A model generated the notes under the pieces. It searched no databases and was not told the origin of the DNA. It saw only the letters and a program-made list of their open reading frames with translations. A DNA stretch of 58,980 nucleotides from Candidatus Bipolaricaulota bacterium (GTDB taxonomy: Bacteria; Bipolaricaulota; Bipolaricaulia; UBA7950; UBA9294). The stretch spans positions 1 through 58,980 of the forward strand of contig JAHITR010000063.1 of NCBI GenBank assembly GCA_018817505.1. The letters are read 5' to 3'. This document shows positions 47,012-56,580 of this stretch, piece by piece; position 1 is the first letter of the stretch, and each line of letters starts with the position of its first letter. A program made the position numbers and the translations under genes.

Positions 47012-48162
47012 GCGTCCGGGTCTTCATTGGGTTGGTGTCCTTGATTGGCGTGATCTCACTTTCTGGGGCATGTGCGGAAACGAGCCTTGTCCATTTCACA
47101 AACAGCACGGACTTGACGCCTGGTTGTTTTCCACAGGGCCTGAAGCTGGAATCCGAACCGATCGAGGGCATTGAATGGCCGCCATTCCATGAGGAAGCTC
47201 TTTTCGGGCAAGTTCGATTGGGCGAGGGGACCCATCCGGTGATGATCGACCGCCATGATGAGGGATTCGATCTCTATGTCGATCATGACCGTACAGGTGT
47301 TCTGCAATCGGTTACGTGGGATCGCGTTCTTGTGGATGGCACATCTTTGGCCAGCGTTCCGTTTATCGTGCAGTATCGCGATCAGCAAACGGCTTCCTAT
47401 CAGGCCTTTCTTATGTGGAATGGCTTCACGCCCACTGTGCTAACGCTGTGTCGCGATTCCTATCGCGCTGGCAAAATTCAATTGGGCGAATCGACCTACA
47501 CGTTAGTCCTGTTTGACGAGGACACAGACGCGCGCTATGACGATCTAGCAGATGGCACCTTGGTTATCGACTCAGATGGGGACGGCTACCTGCTCGTGAC
47601 GTCGGATTCGCATGAAGTGTTCTTCCTCGATGAGCCGTTCAATCTAGGCGGCTTGGTGTATGAAGTAGCTGCTGTCGCGGAGGACGGATCGTGGATCGAG
47701 ATTGTAGAGTCAGATGCACAGGTGGCACCGAGGTATCCGCTGCTGGATGGGTTCCCTGCACCGGAATTTGAGGGGATCGATGCCTCGGGAGATCCCTTGT
47801 CGTCTGGCTCACTGCGAGGGAGCCTTCTTGTGCTTGACTTCTGGGCCAGCTGGTGTACTCCCTGCATTGCTGAGTTGCCAACGCTGGAAAGCATTGCTGC
47901 CCAATTTGCTGATCAAGGCGTCCGCGTCCTAGGGATCAACCTCGACCGCTCCGAGAGCGCATTCCGATCAGCCTTGGAGACACATGAAATCAGCTACGAT
48001 CAAATTTATGATTCAGATCGCGGGCCGATTGGCGACCTCTATCGAATTGAAGGCATTCCGATGATCTATATCATTGACCGTGAAGGGATCATTGCCGCAC
48101 GTGGTCTTCGAGGCGAAGCCTTGATGGGGGCGATTCGAGAACTCATTGACCGTGAGGAGTAG
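47008..48162 (+). CDS. Exported TlpA-family thiol-disulfide oxidoreductase with N-terminal extension
   Basis: Signal peptide; LDFWASWCTPC; GIP cis-Pro loop. Confidence 0.88.
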   Translation: MSVRVFIGLVSLIGVISLSGACAETSLVHFTNSTDLTPGCFPQGLKLESEPIEGIEWPPFHEEALFGQVRLGEGTHPVMIDRHDEGFDLYVDHDRTGVLQSVTWDRVLVDGTSLASVPFIVQYRDQQTASYQAFLMWNGFTPTVLTLCRDSYRAGKIQLGESTYTLVLFDEDTDARYDDLADGTLVIDSDGDGYLLVTSDSHEVFFLDEPFNLGGLVYEVAAVAEDGSWIEIVESDAQVAPRYPLLDGFPAPEFEGIDASGDPLSSGSLRGSLLVLDFWASWCTPCIAELPTLESIAAQFADQGVRVLGINLDRSESAFRSALETHEISYDQIYDSDRGPIGDLYRIEGIPMIYIIDREGIIAARGLRGEALMGAIRELIDREE

Positions 48163-48170
48163 AACAAACG

Positions 48171-49208
48171 ATGAAATGGGCAGAGGCATGTAGATGGTGT
48201 GCGGGAGTTGTCTGGTTCCTCCTGGCAATTCTCGTGGCGGCATTCAGTGGATCCGCGCAGAGTTCCATTCTTGAATTCTCGTTCGACAGCGAGTCGCTGG
48301 CCATCCCACTCAACGGCGCGGCGTCTGTCTGGCTGCGAATAGACAATGCTTCTGTGTACGAAGCTGATGCCATTGAAATCGCGTGGCTGGACGGTCCCGT
48401 TCTTCTGAATCCAGTTGAGCCGATTGAGGTTCTCGATGCGTTCTCGGACGGGAGCATACCCATTATTTTGTCGGCGGGTAGTGATGCAGCGCTCGGGGAA
48501 AGCGAGGCTGTATTCGAAGTCTCCTATACCTACTGCATCAATGACCTTTGTTTCCAAATCATCGAACAGATGGCGCTTCGCCTTGAATTCATTCCCGCTG
48601 TTGTTGACCCTTTGGACGTCCAGATTGTAGATCCCGTTCTCATTCCACCCGAGGCTGAACCGTCTGCGTTTCCACCGCTGTTTGCAGTCATTCTGGGTTC
48701 TTGCCTGGCTGGTCTGCTGGTCGTTGGGAACATGTCGGGACGGCGCTGGTGGGTGACGCTTCTTCTCGTGGTCGTGATTGGCGTGGGATTGGGCTACGGG
48801 ATTCTGCTGAAGCAGGATCAGCAAGCACAGAGTATCGGAGCCGTATTGTGCACATCATGCGTCGGGATCGAAGAGACGCCGCACGAGCCCCCCGATCTCT
48901 CGGATAACGCGCGCGCCAGAGTTCAAGCGCTGACAGACAACACCGAGCTGCTTCTATTCACAGCCGTATGGTGTCACGCTTGTCCCTATGCGAAAGCCAT
49001 GGTGCAGCAAGTGGTTGCCGTCAATCCCCTGGTGACTGTTCAGCTCATTGACGTGGATGAATCCCAGAATGCAGCCAGCCAGTATGGCATCGTTCAATCA
49101 GGGAGAACGATTGTCCCTGCCATCCTGCGAGTGGACACAGGGGAAGTTATCTTTGGTATTGAGGATCTCGAAGCCCGGTTGATGTCCTTGTTGGAGGGAT
49201 CGCCATGA
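48171..49208 (+). CDS. Membrane thioredoxin-family protein (DsbD-N-like Cys pair, CXXC-G motif, Trx domain)
   Basis: YTYCINDLC; two TMs then LCTSCVGI; WCHACP...TIVPA. Confidence 0.75.
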   Translation: MKWAEACRWCAGVVWFLLAILVAAFSGSAQSSILEFSFDSESLAIPLNGAASVWLRIDNASVYEADAIEIAWLDGPVLLNPVEPIEVLDAFSDGSIPIILSAGSDAALGESEAVFEVSYTYCINDLCFQIIEQMALRLEFIPAVVDPLDVQIVDPVLIPPEAEPSAFPPLFAVILGSCLAGLLVVGNMSGRRWWVTLLLVVVIGVGLGYGILLKQDQQAQSIGAVLCTSCVGIEETPHEPPDLSDNARARVQALTDNTELLLFTAVWCHACPYAKAMVQQVVAVNPLVTVQLIDVDESQNAASQYGIVQSGRTIVPAILRVDTGEVIFGIEDLEARLMSLLEGSP

Positions 49209-49972
49209 AGATTGCGCGGGCACGTCGCGTTGGCCAGTCGCTGGGGTTGCTGTTGGGATTCTTCGGCATTACCGGCATTGGGATGACGCATCTGATCTTC
49301 CCCGGCCTTCACTGCTATGCCTGTCCTTGGGCGATCACGGTCTGCCCCATTGGATTGGCGCAGAACCTGGTGATCTTCGGAACGCCTCCCTACTTTTGGA
49401 TGGGGATGATCGTCGCCTATGGCTTGGCAGCAGGGCGCGGATTCTGCGGATGGTTTTGTCCGTTTGGCACGTTGAATGATCTGCTTTCTTTCCGCAAGGT
49501 CAAGATTGGGGACGCTTTGTCCTACTCCAAATTCGTTGTCCTGGCAGGAACGATTCTCGCGGCCTGGATCTTTGCCGACACGATGTTCTGCAAGCTCTGT
49601 CCAGCAGCTTCGATTGAGGCTTCGATACCCTACTTGATCATGGGGGTGGCAAAGGTCAATCGCCCATTTCTTGTTCACATGGGGACACTGGCCGCGACGT
49701 TGGCGGGTATGGTGCTGATCGCTCGTTTTTGGTGCCGCTACCTTTGTCCGATGGGCGCGCTGCTCGCATTGTTCAATCGGGTGAGCTTCCTCAAGCTCAA
49801 GTTGGACAAGCATCGGTGCAGCGGATGCGCGGTTTGTACCACAGTATGCCCGATGGGGATTGAACCTCACGAACAGTATGACAACCACAATTGCATCAAG
49901 TGCGGACGCTGCGTTGACACGTGCCATCTCGGGGCGCTGTCCTTGGGATTCGGCGTGAAGGACGACAAATGA
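49205..49972 (+). CDS. NapH/MauN-like membrane 4Fe-4S binding protein
   Basis: CYACP..CPIG, CGWFCPFG, WCRYLCPMG, CSGCAVCTTVCP, CIKCGRCVDTC. Confidence 0.88.
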   Translation: MKIARARRVGQSLGLLLGFFGITGIGMTHLIFPGLHCYACPWAITVCPIGLAQNLVIFGTPPYFWMGMIVAYGLAAGRGFCGWFCPFGTLNDLLSFRKVKIGDALSYSKFVVLAGTILAAWIFADTMFCKLCPAASIEASIPYLIMGVAKVNRPFLVHMGTLAATLAGMVLIARFWCRYLCPMGALLALFNRVSFLKLKLDKHRCSGCAVCTTVCPMGIEPHEQYDNHNCIKCGRCVDTCHLGALSLGFGVKDDK

Positions 49973-50748
49973 TCCGCTACATGCTGCTGGGGCTCGTACA
50001 AGGATTTACGGAATTCCTTCCCGTATCGAGTTCAGGGCATCTTGTGCTGGCCGAGCATCTTCTCAATCTTGATCCTCCTGGCGTGCTGCTTGAGACGATG
50101 TTGCATTGGGGAACCCTAGCAGCGGTGCTCATTGTCTTCCGTCAAGACATCGTGTCCTTGTTGAAATCCCTGCGAGGCAAGGGGCGCGTCGAACAGCGCA
50201 AGGAAGTCGGATTTCTCATTGTTGGCACGGTTCCGGTTGTTGCCGTCGGCTTGTTGTTGCGGGAGACGATTCAATCGGCCTTCTCGTCGTTGATCGGAGT
50301 GGGCATCGGGCTGCTCATCACAGCGACACTGCTTGCTGTCAGCTACTTGGCGCGGCGACGTGCCCGACGTGCTGTGATCCACTTCCCCGACGCAGTGGCT
50401 ATCGGGCTGGCGCAGGCCATCGCGGTCTTCCCTGGCATCTCTCGTAGCGGTACAACCATTTCCGTCGGAACGCTCACGGGCTTGACTGCTGCCCAAGCAG
50501 CCCGGTTCTCATTCCTATTGGCCATTCCTGCATTGTTTGGAGCCGGGCTTCTTCATTTGCCAGAAGCGGTGCAGTCGCTGGGAACGCAGAATGGGGCAGG
50601 CATCCTCCTCGGAGCAGCGTGTGCTTTTGGCAGCGGATGGCTCGCGCTCCGCTCTGCGCTTGCGCTCATTGCACGGGGCCGCTTCTGGATTTTTGCCGTG
50701 TACTGCGCTCTTGTGGGCGGCGCGACGATTGTCTGGTCAGTCCTCTAG
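49969..50748 (+). CDS. uppP: Undecaprenyl-diphosphate phosphatase
   Basis: QGFTEFLPVSSSGH, PGISRSG, ARFSFLL. Confidence 0.95.
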   Translation: MIRYMLLGLVQGFTEFLPVSSSGHLVLAEHLLNLDPPGVLLETMLHWGTLAAVLIVFRQDIVSLLKSLRGKGRVEQRKEVGFLIVGTVPVVAVGLLLRETIQSAFSSLIGVGIGLLITATLLAVSYLARRRARRAVIHFPDAVAIGLAQAIAVFPGISRSGTTISVGTLTGLTAAQAARFSFLLAIPALFGAGLLHLPEAVQSLGTQNGAGILLGAACAFGSGWLALRSALALIARGRFWIFAVYCALVGGATIVWSVL

Positions 50749-50783
50749 CACAAAATGCAGCCCGAGTTGGGAGATAGAGGGGC

Positions 50784-51980
50784 CTACTCCAGACCCTCTC
50801 CCAGTACAGAGATGAACGTGACGACGGCGATCGCAGCCACAAGAAGGATGCCTACAATGGCCGCGCCCACGGAAGAAACTGTTTTCGCAGGGACGACCTC
50901 ATACGAAATCGTCTGCCGCCCCAGTTTCGTGCCCGGTTCGTCTGCTCGCTCCACCCAAATTTCCCACGTCCATCGTCCGATGTCAGATTCTGTGGCCGCT
51001 TTGTTGAACCACATCCACTCTGAATTGAGAGGGCGAGGCTCGCTCACCAGGCTTTTTCGGGAAGCCACATAACGTGGCGTCCCCGACGTCGCCCCGTCAA
51101 GCGTGGCATAGACCACTTGCCCTGTAGGCTTTGTGACGCGGGCATAGGGAACGAGTGCGTACGATGTTCCTGGGGCGGTCATTGTCAGAACAATGCGATT
51201 TCCCACCTGATAGCTTGCGCCGTCGTTTGCTGTGCCAATCTTCAAAGCGATGTCGCTGGCTGATTTGCCAGCGACAACGACGAAGCGATCGATGATGTAG
51301 TTGCCGTGGACGCCTGCCTCAAGCGTCGTTCGAACACCGAACGGGCTGGCTGGGTCAGGGTTGAATGGATCGACAATGGTGTATACACCATCTCGCTTGC
51401 CCGTCAGAATCACCCAGTGACAATCCTCACTCTGAGTGGAGCCACCGTTGCAGAAGGCTCCCCAGTGGACGCCAGCGACCACCAAATAGCCTTGCCGTAG
51501 CGCGTGGTCAATGACCACCGCAGACACAGGATTAATCCCGACCTCGCTTCGGTTCACGTGTGTACTGATCTCCAGCTCCGCAGGCAGCTGTCCCCAGATG
51601 AGGCAGCAATTGCCTTGCAGATCTTGAGAGCATTGGCCGTAGCCTCCAGTCTCACGCAGCCAATCATTGAAGATACCGGGATCCATGCCTGTACGAGCTT
51701 CTCCTGAGCAGGAGCGACTCGCTGAAACGGAGACGGCGATGTCGTAATAGGCGAGAACGGACGAGAATGCAGTCACCAAGCACCCCGTCGTGCAGATTTC
51801 ATCAGGACAGCCTCCGGTTCCCAATATGCAATTGCCCCAGGCATCTTCACCCTCCGTGTAGGCCTGATTGAAGGCAGGCACGACTCGAGGCAACTGGATG
51901 TCTTGGCCGAAAGAAAGAAGACCCATACTGACGACAAAGAACAGGCTCATGCACCATGCTTGCCGCCTTGGTTTCTTCAT
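50784..51980 (-). CDS. Secreted C39-like (papain-fold) cysteine peptidase with C-terminal membrane anchor
   Basis: FNQ...W, GCLVTA (Cys), HWVIL (His), IVDP (Asp); C-terminal TM. Confidence 0.7.
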   Translation of the reverse strand: MKKPRRQAWCMSLFFVVSMGLLSFGQDIQLPRVVPAFNQAYTEGEDAWGNCILGTGGCPDEICTTGCLVTAFSSVLAYYDIAVSVSASRSCSGEARTGMDPGIFNDWLRETGGYGQCSQDLQGNCCLIWGQLPAELEISTHVNRSEVGINPVSAVVIDHALRQGYLVVAGVHWGAFCNGGSTQSEDCHWVILTGKRDGVYTIVDPFNPDPASPFGVRTTLEAGVHGNYIIDRFVVVAGKSASDIALKIGTANDGASYQVGNRIVLTMTAPGTSYALVPYARVTKPTGQVVYATLDGATSGTPRYVASRKSLVSEPRPLNSEWMWFNKAATESDIGRWTWEIWVERADEPGTKLGRQTISYEVVPAKTVSSVGAAIVGILLVAAIAVVTFISVLGEGLE

Positions 51981-52663
51981 AGGAGAACCTCTCGGAGCCG
52001 TGTTGTTTGAGACGTGACGATTGTGGGTTGAATGGTAGGGATCACACGATCTTCATCGTGCTTGATCCAAGCGGTATACATACCTGCGTTGTGGGCACCC
52101 ACGATGTCTGCATCATAATTGTCTCCCACGAACAGTGAATGTTTCGCTGGCACATCCAATTCATTCAGCAACAACCGAAATGCTTGCGGATCCGGCTTGT
52201 AGACGCCAACGTCGCCAGCGACGATGATGGCATCGAACAGGGTGTCGAATCCGAGTGCCTTGAGCTTGTCCCACTGAAGAAACGTCGGGCCATTGGTAAA
52301 CAATCCGAGTCGATAGGTTGATCTGAGATCAGCCAGAAACCCATCGATGCCCGGATAGGCGAGAACTCCAGATTCACGGCGTATGTCATCATAGGCTTGT
52401 GATACCTTGAGGATTGTCGACGCATCGGAGAATCCCTGATCCTCGAACAGCGTGGTCATGATTTGAAGGCGTATTGTGTCGATTGACTCCGCGGTTCGTT
52501 CCAACTCAAGCCAACGAGTGTTGTAGCGATCAGCGGCTGTCGTCAGGTCTCCCAAACAATCGAGCGGACATGAGGCGCGACTCAGCGCCTGCTCCAAAGC
52601 CTGCTGTGTGGAAAGGGGATAATAGCTCAGCGTCCAGTCCAAATCGAAGCAAACCGCCTGCAA
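51977..52663 (-). CDS. HAD-superfamily hydrolase (subfamily IA); start uncertain
   Basis: FDLDWTL, TNG, KPDP, VGDNYDADIVGA. Confidence 0.88.
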   Translation of the reverse strand: MQAVCFDLDWTLSYYPLSTQQALEQALSRASCPLDCLGDLTTAADRYNTRWLELERTAESIDTIRLQIMTTLFEDQGFSDASTILKVSQAYDDIRRESGVLAYPGIDGFLADLRSTYRLGLFTNGPTFLQWDKLKALGFDTLFDAIIVAGDVGVYKPDPQAFRLLLNELDVPAKHSLFVGDNYDADIVGAHNAGMYTAWIKHDEDRVIPTIQPTIVTSQTTRLREVLL

Positions 52664-52772
52664 TTTCTCCGCGAATGGTTGAATGATAGGGCGCCCCTCT
52701 CTTATGCTTAGTTGAAGCCGCGAACGCAAACGATCATAGCAACGCGGATTCAAAGCTGCAAGGGGGCGCATT

Positions 52773-53375
52773 GTGCGCATCATCAGTGGAAGTCGCAAAG
52801 GGCGCAAGCTCGTGGAATGGGAGCAAGAAGGCATTCGCCCAATGCGCGATTTCGTGCGCAGCGCCCTGTTCAGTATTCTCAATGACTTCGTGCCTGATGC
52901 CGCATTCCTCGATCTGTGCTGTGGAACAGGCAGCGTCGGTCTTGAGGCCCTGTCGCGAGGAGCCTCTTCTTGCCTGTTCGTTGATCTTTCTCCGGATTCC
53001 TGTGGCATTGTGCGGCGCAATCTTGAAGCGCTCGATTTCCTGACCGAAGGACGTGTCATCGAAGGGGATGCCGTCGCTGTGATCGGCGAGCTCGGACGTC
53101 GAGCTAGACGATTTGACGTCATTTTCATTGGCCCTCCCTACTATCAGGAGCTGGTACCTGCCATCCTGAGCGCGTTGGCCGATGGTCGGCTCCTGGCCGA
53201 GGATTTTGTGGTCGTCGCTGAGATTCATCACAAGGAGACTGCGGCCGATGCCTATGGCGTCCTCGAACGAGTCGACACTCGACGCTATGGCGACAATCAA
53301 CTGTTGTTCTATCGTCGTGCAGACGGCCAGCCGATAAGTAAACCACAGGAGGAATCAGCATGGCGGAACGAATGA
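52773..53375 (+). CDS. rsmD: 16S rRNA m2G966 methyltransferase
   Basis: MRIISG..KGRKL, RP, LDLCCGTGSVGLEALSRGA, GPPY, RRYG. Confidence 0.93.
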   Translation: MRIISGSRKGRKLVEWEQEGIRPMRDFVRSALFSILNDFVPDAAFLDLCCGTGSVGLEALSRGASSCLFVDLSPDSCGIVRRNLEALDFLTEGRVIEGDAVAVIGELGRRARRFDVIFIGPPYYQELVPAILSALADGRLLAEDFVVVAEIHHKETAADAYGVLERVDTRRYGDNQLLFYRRADGQPISKPQEESAWRNE

Positions 53376-54157
53376 TCCTGATCACCAATGATGACGGTGT
53401 GAATGCACCCGGCCTGCTGGCGCTCAAGAAGGCGCTAGATGGCGTTGCTCGTGTCGAAGTCTATGCTCCGGATCGAAACTGGTCTGCAGCCAGCCGCACG
53501 CGAACGTTCCACAAGCCGTTGCGCGTTGACGAAGTGCGGCTGCTCGATGGAAGTCGCGGCTTCGCGACCAGCGGAACGCCCTCAGACTGTGTGTCGCTCG
53601 CTCTGCTCGGCTTGCTGGATCGGTTGCCCGACTTGATCGTGTCTGGGATCAATGATGGACTGAATCTGGGGCGCGATGTGTCCTATTCGGGCACCGTGGC
53701 TGCGGCCATGGAAGGAGTCCGCTCAGGCGTTCCTGCTGTGGCAATCTCGTTCGATACCAGTGGGGATCGCTCCGAAATGCCGAACTACACCATGACCGCT
53801 GAGTACGCTGCCCGATTTGCCGCCTTCTTGTTGGATCAGCAGGAGCTTCCAACGAACATCGTGCTCAATGTCAACGTTCCCTATGCGCCGATGGGAAGAA
53901 AACTGGAAACGCGTATCACGCGACTGGGTGGAGACGCTTACAGCAACTACCTCGTCACTGGCAAGGATCCACAGGGGCGCAATTACTACTGGATCAGCGG
54001 GGATCCACTTACCAAGGGATCCAAAGAGGCCGAAAGCACGGACATCGGGGCCATTTCCGCTGGCTACGTCTCAGTGACACCCATTCATCTGGACATGACT
54101 GAACATGAGCTTCTGGCACCGTTGGCTGAGTGGCTGCCGAGCCTCAACGCGGTCTAG
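53360..54157 (+). CDS. surE: 5'/3'-nucleotidase SurE
   Basis: LITNDDG, GTPSDCV, SGINDG.NLG, YSGTVAAAMEG, VSVTPI. Confidence 0.95.
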   Translation: MAERMILITNDDGVNAPGLLALKKALDGVARVEVYAPDRNWSAASRTRTFHKPLRVDEVRLLDGSRGFATSGTPSDCVSLALLGLLDRLPDLIVSGINDGLNLGRDVSYSGTVAAAMEGVRSGVPAVAISFDTSGDRSEMPNYTMTAEYAARFAAFLLDQQELPTNIVLNVNVPYAPMGRKLETRITRLGGDAYSNYLVTGKDPQGRNYYWISGDPLTKGSKEAESTDIGAISAGYVSVTPIHLDMTEHELLAPLAEWLPSLNAV

Positions 54158-54426
54158 GCCTTCCAGATTGTCCACGCGCCAACGATGAGGAACAGACCGC
54201 CTGCAACATAGTGCAACACCCGCGTGCTTGATTCTGGCAGCAAGCGGGGCAATGTGCAGCCGAGAACAACGGCCAGCACTGTGGATGCAAGCAACGCAGT
54301 TCCAGCTCCGATGAGGACAGCCCACGGATTGTTGCGACTGGCCATTGCCAGCACTGCCAGTTGCGTTTTGTCCCCCAACTCTGCGAGAAAGATCAAGGCA
54401 AAAGTGGCCAATATCGTTCGGATCAT
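54154..54426 (-). CDS. TMEM165/GDT1 (UPF0016) family half-size Mn2+/Ca2+ transporter
   Basis: LAELGDKTQ motif; three TMs; SD AAGGAG. Confidence 0.88.
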   Translation of the reverse strand: MIRTILATFALIFLAELGDKTQLAVLAMASRNNPWAVLIGAGTALLASTVLAVVLGCTLPRLLPESSTRVLHYVAGGLFLIVGAWTIWKA

Positions 54427-54538
54427 AGCTCTCCTTGGCAAATCAGAGCGAATTGTATTCGACGAAGCAACCGCTGTAAACGTGGTTTGTGAGCAAGCGG
54501 ACTCCTCACTACACTACTCACAGGATTCGGAGGATGAC

Positions 54539-55054
54539 ATGTTTCGACGAGTTGTGTATCAGTACTACACGAATGTGAACTACCTCACCTGTGAACAGTG
54601 CCTGGCTTTGCACGGCCTGATTCGCAGGAAACCGGAAGCATTCCCGCGGATCGATCACGATTGTGCGTCTTCGATTCTGCCCATCCTGAGGAAAGAATTG
54701 CGCCAGTCCCGTGAAAAATCGCGACGGATGCGCCTTCGAGCACAGGGAGAACTGGCGCGCCGATCGCTGTTTGAGCGAGCGCTGAGTATTCTGCCCATTG
54801 AACCTGACGAGTCGCTGGAACTGCTTGCTCGGGCGGCTAGCATTGACCTATACATCCCCGACATCGAACGGCTGGTCCAAACACACGACGGCTTTCTGCG
54901 GTCACACCCCGATCTGCGGGATCGATTGCGACGCCAATGGCTGAAGGCCTACTCTGACAAATTCGGTTGGCGACGATATGAGCTGTTGCCCGAAGTGATG
55001 CGACTGCAACGGGAAAAGGCGGGCTTAGCTCGCATCCAGGAGTTGCTCGGATGA
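54539..55054 (+). CDS. Hypothetical protein with Cys/His motif reminiscent of phage Mu F/SPP1 gp7 domain
   Basis: SD GGAGG; TCEQCLALHG...P..HDC; helical C-terminus; ATGA overlap with comEA. Confidence 0.6.
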   Translation: MFRRVVYQYYTNVNYLTCEQCLALHGLIRRKPEAFPRIDHDCASSILPILRKELRQSREKSRRMRLRAQGELARRSLFERALSILPIEPDESLELLARAASIDLYIPDIERLVQTHDGFLRSHPDLRDRLRRQWLKAYSDKFGWRRYELLPEVMRLQREKAGLARIQELLG

Positions 55055-55434
55055 AGAAACAAGCTGTGGTCATTCAAGAGCGTGGTCTGATGCTCCTGAT
55101 CGGCGTGGCCGTATTGACCTCGGGTTTGCTTCTATTCACCGATCAAGTGACCACCAGCCACGTGTCGTTCCCGGCGATGATTCATCTGCAGCATGTTCAA
55201 GTACTGCTACCGGACTTCGTCGAACGGATGCCTGTCAATATCAATAGTGCAACGAGTGATGAATTGATCACACTTCCTGGGATAGGCCCTGCATTGGCGC
55301 AACGAATCATCGAGGAACGCCGTGAGAACGGGCCATTCGGAACGGTCGAGGACCTGGTGCGAGTTAGCGGGATCGGGCCCAAGACGGTCGAGGGACTGGT
55401 CGATTGTGCTGTTGCCAGCCCAACCGACATATAG
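55051..55434 (+). CDS. comEA: ComEA-family helix-hairpin-helix DNA-binding protein
   Basis: N-terminal TM; VNINSAT, LPGIGPALAQRI, VSGIGPKT. Confidence 0.88.
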   Translation: MKKQAVVIQERGLMLLIGVAVLTSGLLLFTDQVTTSHVSFPAMIHLQHVQVLLPDFVERMPVNINSATSDELITLPGIGPALAQRIIEERRENGPFGTVEDLVRVSGIGPKTVEGLVDCAVASPTDI

Positions 55435-55443
55435 CCTGATCTC

Positions 55444-56415
55444 CTAGTAGAAAACCGTGCGTGTTCGATGTCTCTTGCTTTGCGCTTTGTATCGCGGATT
55501 CTGGCCCTGATGCCACAGCATCTGATCCACATCGCGAGCGGTCCAACGGTATCCAGCATTCGCGGCTGCTTCGATGATTAATTCGACGGCATGAACGCTG
55601 CATGCGCGAATCTCGATCTCCTCGTCAGACCCTTCAGGTATCAGGCGCTCCGCCTCGATGTCGGCAATCAACTTCGGCGTGTACTCGAGAATTCCTTCGA
55701 CACGAAGCACATGAGGAACGAGGTTGTCTGCGAAGATCGTCAGCTCGTCAAGATCGTCGAATTGGCCCAGGCCATGCTCTCGCAATGCAAGGGAGAGGTC
55801 GGATGCCAACAGCTGTGAGCGTTTGTAGAAAGGCACTTCAGCGCCGTGATAGAGACTAACATCGCGGAACAACGGTTGCTCGGAGAGGAGACTCACCAAG
55901 TGCGATGCTTGATGATCGGCTGCCTCAATGCACCTTGTGAAACTACCATTGAAGCGAGAGACTAAATCCTCACCGAGATCGTTCCACGACGTGGCAAACC
56001 GGTCCATGAGCTCGGCCATGGCGGCGTTTTGAGTATCTTGCTGGAATAGTGCTGCGCAATCTGATGCCGAGATGCCAGCAAGTTGTTGGGCAGTGAACGG
56101 GCCGTTCGATGCAAACCGCTCTGTCAATGCGGTGGCGATGGTGTAGTAGCCAGACATGCCCGAACGCTTGTGCAGATGAGGGAAGTAGCCCGAACCAAAA
56201 TTGACGGCTGCGAGGGTCATGAAGAACCCAATCGTATCCTCTGTCTCACCGACAAAGTGAGAGTTCGTATCCAGCGCAGGAATGACCGGAGATTCAGCTA
56301 GCAGAGGAGTGATGGTGACCGGGATGTGCTCAACGATGATGTGGACGTGGCGTGATTGCTCAGCCACCCAGCGGCATTGATCGCGGATGTCATCAAACAC
56401 GCTCGTCCCTTCCAT
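55444..56415 (-). CDS. qng1: Queuosine 5'-phosphate N-glycosylase/hydrolase (DUF2419, Qng1 family)
   Basis: NFGSG, FYKRSQL, LTIFADNLVPHVLR, EIEIRA, HRTRTVFY terminus. Confidence 0.85.
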   Translation of the reverse strand: MEGTSVFDDIRDQCRWVAEQSRHVHIIVEHIPVTITPLLAESPVIPALDTNSHFVGETEDTIGFFMTLAAVNFGSGYFPHLHKRSGMSGYYTIATALTERFASNGPFTAQQLAGISASDCAALFQQDTQNAAMAELMDRFATSWNDLGEDLVSRFNGSFTRCIEAADHQASHLVSLLSEQPLFRDVSLYHGAEVPFYKRSQLLASDLSLALREHGLGQFDDLDELTIFADNLVPHVLRVEGILEYTPKLIADIEAERLIPEGSDEEIEIRACSVHAVELIIEAAANAGYRWTARDVDQMLWHQGQNPRYKAQSKRHRTRTVFY

Positions 56416-56517
56416 CGCATACTCCTAAGCTCTTGGGTCCAGATAATTGTAGCCTAAGGGTGTGGAGGGTTGCTGCCGAGGCCCGCTGCAATTCGCGACA
56501 GAAGGAAAGGGGTAGCA

Positions 56518-56558
56518 TTCCGCCGTTTGGAGAGCATGTGGTCCCCCAAACGGCGGAA
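56518..56558 (-). terminator. Stem-loop downstream of the ECF operon
   Basis: TTCCGCCGTTTGG / CCAAACGGCGGAA 13-bp inverted repeat. Confidence 0.55.
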
Positions 56559-56580
56559 AGCAAGAGCGATCCGATCCCTG

